Assembly: GCA_951406725.2 (NCBI GenBank)
Contig: OX597822.1
Span: forward strand, 83,328,001-83,392,000
From: Octopus vulgaris
Taxonomy: Eukaryota
Direction of reading: 5' to 3'
DNA length: 64,000 bases
Under the pieces are notes generated by a model. It was not told where the DNA came from. It ran no database searches and was given only the letters and a program-made list of their open reading frames with translations. Within the stretch, counting starts at the first letter, position 1. Each line of letters begins with the position of its first letter. Made by a program: the position numbers and the translations under genes. Shown one piece after another: positions 53,900 to 64,000 of the stretch.

Positions 53900-54629
53900 C
53901 CCAGTTCTAAATATATAGCTATCTTTCCGTTTATAAGCTACTTCGTCTCTTTTCCTTCCTTTTATTTCTGTTCGTACATATTCTTAGCAAGTTATTTGTT
54001 GAGACACCAACATTCACTTAAACCTGATATATCTTTGGCTATTACAAACAGAACTATCTATTATCTATATATAAACCGATAAACATTTAGGGATTAAGCT
54101 GAAGAATTCGACTCTGAAATTAGATTAAAATCCCATAGTAAGAAGAGATGTCTTTAAAACACGTTTTAACGTCTCGAAGCGTTTGTAACTTTTATTGTTT
54201 TTCCTTTATCTTTTGATTATATTTCGTTCTTGTCTGACTTTTGCTATGAATTTGCCATTACGTGCGTGTACCCGGCCACTGTTTTCTTTTCTTCTGCAAC
54301 ACCCGTCCTGTTAAATATGAATGGCACTTTCAAATGAAGTACTTTGCTTCCGACTTTAGTTCAGTATTGATTTTCTTTGATGTATTTACGAAGTCTGGCT
54401 TTTATTTTATTATGTATTTGATTTTGTTATTTATTTTATTATTTACTTGATTTTGTCCTGATAGAAAGCGATCGAGCAAAGAAATAATAACAAAAAGAAA
54501 AGGAGACGGAGGGAAAAAAATGAAACCAAAAGAAAGAAAAGCTATAACAATGCTGCAGTAATGCAAATGTTAAACTTTAACAAGTGCAGAAGATTGACAA
54601 AATGCTTTGCACTAATTAGTTACGCCACT

Positions 54630-55115
54630 TGACATATGGAGTTCGAATCCTCCCAGAGCCGACTTTTCTTTCTTTGTTCTCTCAGAGGTCGATGATGTCT
54701 GTCACAGCTGAGTATAGTGGCAGACATAGCTGAATATATCTCATTTCCTCCAGCACCAACATTTGTAGTTTTGTGTCCGTATTAGAAATTAATGAACCTT
54801 CAGAAGCAAAGTGGACTGACACAATGGTGGAGCTAAAGATTGTGTCTTTCATCCTTTTGTTATCGATATAATTAAATACCAGTGAAATTCTGGGGTCAAT
54901 ATAATCGATTAAGTCTGGTAGAATCGTTACCACACTGGGCAAAAAGCTTAGCCGCATTCTGTAATTTACTTTCTGTGTTCAAATTCCACCCAGGTCAACT
55001 TTGCTTTTCATTCTTTAGGTGTCGATAAAATAAGTACCAGTTGATCATTGGGGTCGATGTAATCGACGTACCCCCGGCCCCGAAACTGTTGGCTTTGTGC
55101 CAAAAATTGACATCA
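54630..55115. mobile_element. Cluster of decayed MetaSINE-like copies
   Basis: Plus-strand copies at about 54630-54790 and 54915-55115; minus-strand fragment at about 54835-54910. Confidence 0.7.
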
Positions 55116-55424
55116 ATATAATCGATTATTTCTGTCATACTCACAAAATGCAATATATTTTCGGCTGTTAGAAATTTGTATAACTTTTAATACCTGTTAT
55201 ACACCGAGCTCTCTAAGACTTCGCGCGTTCAGCGTATATTTTAAAGGGGAAAACGATGAGAGAACGGAAACAGCAGACTACCAGACTAAGTCCTATGAAG
55301 TATTACACAACGTCTGTTTACTCTTTGAGTTCAAGTCTTAGAGGAGGCAACTGCGTCTTATTTTCTACTGGAGTCGAAAAATTAGCTACCGTCTGTTCAC
55401 CCATATGACCTGTCAGGAAGACGA

Positions 55425-55636
55425 CAATTATTCCTATAGTAATTGGTGAATTTCGCACAACGCTCCAAATGCTATTAAAAAAAATTGAAAGAATTGAAAT
55501 TGAAAATCACATTGTTGACCTGTAGAAAAGTAACGTCCTATATTCTGCAAGAATCTCAAGGAAGAAGATTCTTGAGATGTGAGGAGACTTGTCACCAAAA
55601 ATCAAGATAAAATGCATGCTAGCTAAATTAACATGA

Positions 55637-55703
<67 letters not shown>

Positions 55704-56025
55704 TAACTATCATCCCAGTAGTCGTAGGGACACTCGGAGTACTAACAACCAAGCTCGAGAAATATATCGGAGAAATTTCAATTGTTATGAGAGTAGAGCA
55801 TGCTAAAAAATTGTTCTATTGGGGGCAGTGGGGACTTTCATATTTGTCCTTGGACATTAAATACCTTCAACAATACTTAACATCTATGAACCAAGTCTTA
55901 TAATTCGTGGAAAGAGACTCTAAAAGACCCTATGAAGCCTTTGGCAACAAATTCCTGTCCGCTCTCACATAATTAGCCGGAGCTAGTGAAATCGAGAGGT
56001 CTGAAAAGTAAAATATACTAATAAT
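55425..56025 (+). mobile_element. Two tandem R4/Dong-like LINE 3' ends separated by (AAT)n
   Basis: TIIPIVIGEF...DL*KSNVLYSARISRK, then a 3' UTR like that at 20225-20305 and (AAT)n. A second fragment reads VTIIPVVVGTLGVLTTKLEKYI. Confidence 0.75.
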
Positions 56026-56036
56026 GTGTTACTCAC

Positions 56037-56140
56037 CTGAAGTACAAGAAGACAAAACTAGAGATCAACAAGCTGACCAGAGATATAGTTAGTCCAACGA
56101 TTTCCATAGTTCGTATGCCGTAAGCGATCGATTTCAAAGC
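56037..56140 (-). CDS. PDF-receptor-like class B1 GPCR, internal exon encoding TM1
   Basis: Minus strand: acceptor ttttcttttgtaattctag, then ALKSIAYGIRTMEIVGLTISLVSLLISSFVFLYF(R), then donor AG|gtgagt. 104 nt, phase 0 to 2. Resembles PDFR TM1 (RTLEIVGLxLSL...FxxFR). Not in the ORF track. Confidence 0.92.
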
Positions 56141-56241
56141 CTAGAATTACAAAAGAAAACGAATAACATATATATATACACATGAATAAAAGACTAATAG
56201 CTATTGATGTTTGCCTACATATATACATACATGAATAATAG

Positions 56242-56326
<85 letters not shown>

Positions 56327-56759
56327 ATCTGTGTATATATGTATAAATATACATGTGTGTGTGTGCGTTTGTGTGTGTTCGTGTGCGTGCGTATATGTGA
56401 GTGTGTGTGTGTTAAGAGAAAGTATTTTGTATAATTCTTCATTTAGCGCTTTCATCTCTTTTGAGAGATTCGTCATGAACAGTTATTTTCAGATTATTCA
56501 TGCTTTTTGTATATTTATGTGTAACAGTTGAAAAAAATTCTGGAGTTGAATTGATAACAGGTCATACTTTGTTCATATTTTGAATCATAGATTCATATTT
56601 TGAATCTATAGGTGTGTGCATATATATGTGTGTGTCTGTATGTGTGTAATCATATGTTGTGAATTCTTGGAGGCTTGGTTAGAGAGTAAATATAAAAAAA
56701 TTAATGAAAGAAAGACTGGAAGAAAGATAAAAGAGAGAGATCGAGATGGTTGAAATCGC

Positions 56760-57790
56760 ATTCTATTTTTGGTTAGTTGTCATATTAGTCAGCTGAATAA
56801 AGGGGTCTTTTTTTCTTGGATGGTGGAAATTAATGAGAGTTCAAAAAGTCAATTTTCCATTAGTCATTCTGTTTTTGATCAGTTGTCATGTTATCCAGCT
56901 GCAGAAATTATAATCTATCAAACGGTTTTGGAAGATTTTTTTAACGTGTTGGTGTCTGTCTGTGTGTGCGTGTGTTGTGCGTTAGTTGCTCGAGTGAATT
57001 TCTTTAGTTATTTTTGTGACAGTCTGGGACACAATTGTTTTGAATAAGAATTTCTCATATGTTTATGAAAATATATTTCTCATACGTTCAGTTCCGGTAA
57101 GAATATAGCTCCGTTGCTTTCCGGTATTTTGGATCATGCCCTCGACATTTGTAACATGGAAAGATCTTGAGTCTGTCGTTTACTCATATTTTCAGATGCT
57201 TACTCGGCGGAATCTTGCGTAATTCTTTTTGTATGATGCGTTGTCTGTAGATTCATGTACGTTGGTAAAGAAAATTATTGGTTTCGCCAAAGAATAAAGC
57301 CGTCATCTAAGAAACGGTTCCACTTTTCAATGATATTTTTTCTTGAAATTTTGGTCAAGAGTTTATTTTTCTACTTCATCGTATTGCTTTCTTTCTAAAA
57401 CATCCACCACTAGGTTAGCATATGAGGGTGTACATTTCGTCCCCGTAGTTGTGCCCTCTATTTGTCGATGTTTTACCATTTAAGTTAAAGGTGATCTCTT
57501 CTAAGACCAGGCATGTGGCCTTGGTAAAGAAATCTGTTTTAAAACGTTAGTTTGCCTTCCCTTTCTATCCAGTGATTGGGTGCTTCCAGGCCCAACGATG
57601 ATGGTTGGATAGTATGCATAGGCTCAGTTGGTCAGGTTTCGAAATCCAAATGGAAAGTGTTATGATAGTTGGTTCTGATATGACTCAATGGATGAGGTGC
57701 CTGAAGAAGCTATCCCCATGATCCTCCCATGAACAATGGGCGGAGATGATGAATGAATGGAGGGACGAGCTAATGAGCCAAGAAAGCAAC
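56760..57790 (-). mobile_element. Decayed Penelope-like element RT (and probable GIY-YIG) remnant
   Basis: Minus strand: HRQIEGTTTGTKCTPSYANL (PLE motif QxxGTAMGTxxAPxYANL) and WNRFLDDGFILW (RT active-site motif). Confidence 0.85.
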
Positions 57791-58769
57791 TGGAATAAGC
57801 CAATGTAGTGAATTTTTATAATTACAGTAAGTAGGGATATACTGAAAGTTTCTCACTTGCATTGTCACTTATTTACAGAAAATAAACAAACGTTTAGCGC
57901 AGCCATTGTGAAACTGCGCAAATATAAGGGGAAATTATTTCAATTAAACAAACGAAAACTATTTATTCTCCAAGTGTATAAAAATCTACTGCAGCTGATC
58001 TGGTAAAAAGTGTATAGAATATACTGAGCTAATGGCTGCTGTTGTCTCTTCGTCATGAACAAAAATAAACAAAAATAAAAAAAAGACTTTTCACATTTAG
58101 AAATGTAAATTAACTTTAAGCAATTAAAAATTAATTTCTCGTTTTTACACTAATAATCGCTCTCTTTTCCAAAATTCCTTCTCTCCACTTTCTCTGAGTA
58201 CATATCGACAAGAGAATATTCTCATTCATGCATGTATACGAAAATCCAAAGATATCAAACCTGCACCAGCAGTTATACTCAATTCAGATGGATAACACGC
58301 ATTGCCGCATAAACATATATACATACATACATACATACATACATACATACATACATACATACATACATACATACATACATACATACAAACATACACACAC
58401 AGACACACACACACACACCCACACATATATATATATATATACATACATATATCGAGAGAGAGAGAGAGGGAGAGAGATAGAGAGATTTAATGAGAATAAT
58501 GAAACATACATTGTACCTGCTTAAAACATATTAATACGCGGGCATTAATTCAAATACTTTTACAGATACATAAATATTTATGCGTGTATACATATATATA
58601 TACATATCCCCCCGCCACCCCCGTCACGAATGCATGTATATGTGCATATCTGTGAACCCGTGTTCATGCATTTACGAGCAAAAAATATTTGCTTAATTTA
58701 TATATATACATTTATAGCTATGTGCAGATATCTTGGATACAGATATCTGTCTGCCTATCATTCCATCCA

Positions 58770-59000
<231 letters not shown>

Positions 59001-59607
59001 ACATCTGTTTCACTGTCTGTCTATTTATCTATTTGTCTATCAAGATGTATATCTGCTTGTCTGTGTATATATCCGTCTCTCTGTCTTTCGCTGTCTAGCT
59101 ACATAATCTTTTTTTTCTTTCTCTCTCTCACTCTCTCACTCCCTCTCTCTCTCCACACACACATACACATATAGATACATACATACATACATACGTATGT
59201 ACATATAAACACACAATAACTGGATTTCTGCAAATATCTATTTATGTACGTCTCTGTTAAACTTGTGACTGTTTTAACGTATTAATGCCTATCAGAGTGA
59301 ATAAATGAGTATATTTAGCCATAAAAAATCCAGCATAGCGTATACATGAAGAACAGAGAACAAAGAAGCCATAAAAACTGGACTAGTGACATGGAAAATA
59401 ATTCAAATTGAATTTCTTAATATTTTTTTCCCGATGTGAAACATCCAAAAATGGTATCTATGTTATTTACGTGTTTATGAACATTATGGTAACTAACCTG
59501 GCATCAATGCAAATATTCTTTATCTCTTTGATCTCTTGTTTTTGATCTGCTGCGGTAATGTGTGATTAAGTTTATAGGTAGATCAACTATTACAATTCCA
59601 CGATTGC

Positions 59608-59659
<52 letters not shown>

Positions 59660-59699
59660 ATGTGTGTGTATATATAAGTTGGCATATAAAAAACACGTT

Positions 59700-59741
<42 letters not shown>

Positions 59742-60064
59742 CGGTACATAAGGAAATGGAGACGATGCAAAACGACACACATCATCCGATAGACATTCCA
59801 GTTTGTCTATTTATTCCAAGTATTAGACGAAAACATACACATGTAGTAACTATGTGTTACACACACATGTATATATATTACAGAGAAGAGCAATGGGTCA
59901 GTTCCTTACAGCCGTTTCTGTCAGGAGGCAACGAAGTGCACCATGTCATCTTCCATCTCTTCAGTGTTCTGTAGGGATGGACAGATAAAGTTTGGATGAT
60001 GAGTGCACCTCTAAGCTTTTTCAGAGGGTCTAAGTGGTTAGGGGGCTAATACATATATGCATAC

Positions 60065-60400
60065 TCCTTTACTCCCCTATTTGTTTCAGTCATTTGACTG
60101 CGGCCATGCTAGAGGACCGCCTTTTGTCGAACAATTCGATCCCGGGACTTATTCTTTTCTACCACTCTCTTTTGCCGAACAGCTAAGGTACGGGGGGTAT
60201 AAACACACCAGCATCGGTTGCCAAACGATGGTGAGGGGACAAACACTGACGCACAAACACATACACACACATGTTTCCGTCTGCCAAATCTACTCACAAG
60301 GCTTTGGTCGGTCCGAGGTTATAGTAGAAGACACTGGTGCCATGCTGTGGGATTGAAACCGGAACCATGAAGTTGGTAAGCAAACTTTTTACCACACAGT
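60065..60400 (-). mobile_element. SINE family B
   Basis: gtttcagtcatttgactgcggccatgct tail through head ggaaccatgaagttggtaagcaaac. Confidence 0.85.
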
Positions 60401-60483
60401 CACTACGGTTTTCTATTTCCCGTTATCTTCATTTCTATCTGAATCTACATACATACACGCACGCACGCACGCACACGCACGCA

Positions 60484-60549
<66 letters not shown>

Positions 60550-61020
60550 TAAGCACACGCGCAAGCTTACTCACTCTCACACGTACATACATATATTCTT
60601 GTGCGTGTATGGAAGAGGGCATGTGTGGAAGGTGTTTTCGCATTTATCATCAACTGTCCCCAAATGCCATTAATCTCCTTAATACCTTGCAATGTGATAG
60701 GATAATATTGCTAAAACAACATACTTATGCAAATTAATCTCCTGGAAAGACTAATCCGGGACGCATATAGAAAATATTTATGTGTACATTCCTATCTATA
60801 CATTGCAATGTAATGACTGTTGTTGGAATCTCCTATAGATACAAGAAATTAATCTCACCGGCTTCATTCCTTATTTGGGACAGCGAAAATATGTTTTTAC
60901 GGTCATTGGATGTTCACCGACTTAGTCTGCTATGCATAATATTTTGGATTTGTTGTACGTGTTAGAAAGTTGGGTACAAAGGGATTCACAGCTAATATCC
61001 CGTAAAATATTCTCTCTGTC

Positions 61021-61113
<93 letters not shown>

Positions 61114-61166
61114 GTATGTATGTATGTATGTATGTATGTATGTATGTATGTATGTATGTATGTATG

Positions 61167-61199
<33 letters not shown>

Positions 61200-61489
61200 G
61201 TTTTGCCATCTAGCTAGCTATCAATAAAAAATGATGATCGATCCGTAAAGAGAAACTAGTAAATGATTTCCTTTTATCGTATATATTAGGCGTAATGTGC
61301 TGATTTTCGACTGGACAAGAAGTGAAATTGCTACTGAGAGTACGACCAAAAAATGAGAATCTATTTTGTAACGTAGAATCATTTATCTAAGAAGTGTCGA
61401 AGTCGGTCTGTCATTACATATATAATGAAGGAAATTGTTGTATACAGTTCTCAGGTGCACTACAACTAAAAAAAAAAGTCCATTAATTA

Positions 61490-62630
61490 TACTGTTGGAA
61501 GATTTCAGGAAGCATGGGGGTTTTGAAGGATGTAGTGTTTGGAGAGCTAACAACTGATGCGGGTAGTTTATTCATGTTTCAGCAATTCTGAGTGTGAAAA
61601 ATGTTTCCGGAAGGCATAGGTGCTGTGTTACTGTTTTGATTTTATAAGTAGGTCCGCGAGTGTTTGTCATATGAAATAGAAAAAAGTGCACAAGGTTGCT
61701 GTTGGAGAGATGGTGGGGAATCATGTGGGTGTCAACCAAGTCAGTTGCCAGACATCTGAGCTTCAATGTGTCTATGCCCAGGGAAGCAGGACGTCCAGAG
61801 TATGGTAGATGTCTGACGGCAGGTATACGTTACGTTGCGCATTTCTGAACAGTTTTCAGGAGATTTATATGCTGAGCAAGATAGGGGTTCCAGACTGGTG
61901 ATGCAAATTCCAAGTGTGGATGTACCATTGTCTTATACTATTTTAAATAGATAGCTGGAGAGCGGCTGACAAAGGTCTTACTGAGTGATGCTAGCACTCC
62001 CCCCCTCAGCCTTCTGGACAATCTTAGAGATGTGGTTTGTCCAACGCAGATCATTGTTTAGATAATGCCCAGATCACGTCCGCTAGAAGACTTCTTGAGA
62101 TTGAAGTTGCTGAGGGAGTATGTAAAGGCTGGATTTTTCTTCCCAAAGTGCATGGTGACGCACTTGTCCACAGTTAGGTTGAGTTGCCAGCCAGAGATAC
62201 ATTGCTGCATTATATCCAGGTCTGATTGCAGAAAAGATCAATAGCGCATAAGATATATTCTTTTTATTTCGAGGTACAGCTTGATGTCATCTGCATATGT
62301 CAGCAATGTAACATTCCGCAAATTGGCATCTATATCATTAATATATTCAACAAAGAGTAGGGGTACAAGAACGGATCCCTGTGGTATACCAGAAGTCATT
62401 TCGTAGTGTGAAGAAGGATATCCTAGAACCGTAAGTACCTCTTTCCAACTGAGAATGAAGGACTTCAGCCAGTTATAGAGATCATCCATCATACCTATTG
62501 CAGAAAGGTTTACTATATGTAATTTGTGCGGTACAGAGTTGAAGACTGTAGCAAAATCAAGGTAGATAGCATCCATCCATGAGCTGCCATCAACAACTTG
62601 AGTGATGTCCTCATAACATGTTTTGTACTC
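61490..62630 (-). mobile_element. 5'-truncated CR1-group LINE reverse transcriptase remnant
   Basis: MDAIYLDFATVFNSVPH...SGIPQGSVLVPLLF..YIND...YADDIKLY; downstream PHLEFASPVWNPY and FFTLRIAET. Frameshifted. Confidence 0.92.
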
Positions 62631-62885
62631 ATAGCGCAATAAAGAGACGAAAAAAATTTTCCACGACAGCCTATCCGCGGCTCTAACGTTCCCTACCTCT
62701 GTCTTTCACTCTGAACTGCTACTTTACTGACCATGGAACAATGGAAGTTAAAGTCGACATCGGGGGCATTGGAACTAAGAAAGCAATGAACCAGAATTGG
62801 TATCGCTATGAAGTTTTTCGTTCGTTCGAATGACTTTTCCAGTATTGTCCTTGTAAAACCGAATATTTTGTTTACAATGGCAATT

Positions 62886-63287
62886 GGTAATTTTTGGTTA
62901 TCCCAACCCCATTAAAAATTGGGTTATCTACCTCGTTTTTTGAAACATATCGGTACTTTTGGTTATTTCGCCAACTAAAAAAATTGTTTAACCCTCAATA
63001 AATCAAAGAAAAAAATTTAAAAATGAATGAAAATGAAAACGGAAAAAAATCTAAAGGAAAACTGTAAAGATTAAGCATCTTACTGAATCTGATAACATTT
63101 TTATAACAAATCCTACAATTGCTATTGAGAGGGCCAAACGTCAACAATATGTTGAAGTATTGAATCAAAAGGATCTAAACCGTTTTAATCTAATCTCTTG
63201 TCACCACATAAACTCAGCTCTTTAGTGGGGAGACAACGCAGTTTTTTAATGGCAATTTTAATGGGGGTGAGACAACTAAAAAGTACT
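62886..63287. mobile_element. Probable MITE with imperfect TIRs of about 35 bp
   Basis: gtaatttttggttatcccaaccccattaaaaattg versus caattttaatgggggtgagacaactaaaaagtac. Confidence 0.55.
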
Positions 63288-63866
63288 GGGCAGTTCTATA
63301 ACGATGGTGTATAAGCAATTCTGATCAGCGTTGCACTGAGGCACGCTTATATGACGATTTTCACTTACGTAAATCACTTAAATTTGAATAAGAATTGCGG
63401 AGGAAATGTATTTCATTTTTGATTTTGTAAAATAAGAATCATGTAATTGTATCGTAAAACAAAAAAACATAAATAATATTATAAAGTCAAAACAAAAACA
63501 TTGATACGTAATTTCAATATTTCGTGATGTCAGATTTTTGCGTCAGGAATTACAAACACAGGATTTTGTACAGTATTTTTAATATTTTTTTAATGCATGG
63601 TTCCACGTATTATTATATTGTGTTAAATCTTGCAAGTTTTAAATTCCCTGTGTGTTGGATTGCAATTCTTAGCCCTTCTCTTCTTTTCAACAAAAACATA
63701 GTTTTCTTCATAAACACATTTCTTTGTGATATCTCTTTGTAGCATCCCTTTTGTAATGTCGAAGTTTGTTATTTTGTTATGGAAAGGCAGGTATGAGTTA
63801 AGGAGATGTGGGAAGGCCACAAAGGTACTGCATGAGGCGATCACATGTCAAGGTATTTATATATAC

Positions 63867-63903
<37 letters not shown>

Positions 63904-63952
63904 CAGATATACACGCATGTAGGCATTTGTGAGACATATGTATATATATATA

Positions 63953-64000
63953 CCGGAGTAAACACATAAATGTGAAACAATGTGGAAAAAAGAGTACTCA
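63953..64000 (-). mobile_element. Tail of another copy of the 46645 foldback element, cut by the window edge
   Basis: Reverse complement of 46825-46872 with one mismatch; abuts (TA)n. Confidence 0.85.

Overview
AT-rich, microsatellite-saturated animal genomic DNA. The SINE, LINE and microsatellite content points to an octopus (coleoid cephalopod) genome; this is an inference. The only supportable host gene is a class B1 (secretin-family) GPCR most like the PDF receptor. Three minus-strand exons (56037-56140, 36705-36864, 21316-21472) have canonical AG/GT boundaries and matching phases, and encode TM1 to the start of TM4. The rest of the window is intron, and the gene runs off both edges. The introns hold more than 35 tRNA-headed SINE copies, decayed LINEs (RTE, R4/Dong, CR1-group), Penelope-like remnants, Helitron/Helentron-type non-autonomous elements and MITEs. 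Almost every ORF in the supplied track is a microsatellite or TE artefact. The most notable non-coding signal is a set of minimal type I hammerhead-ribozyme-like motifs with palindromic stem III. These include a 76-bp perfect foldback carrying a hammerhead on each strand, a G3-C8 core-swapped variant, and long-stem-II variants. Several lie on the sense strand of the receptor pre-mRNA. All calls were made by eye; TE boundaries are approximate.
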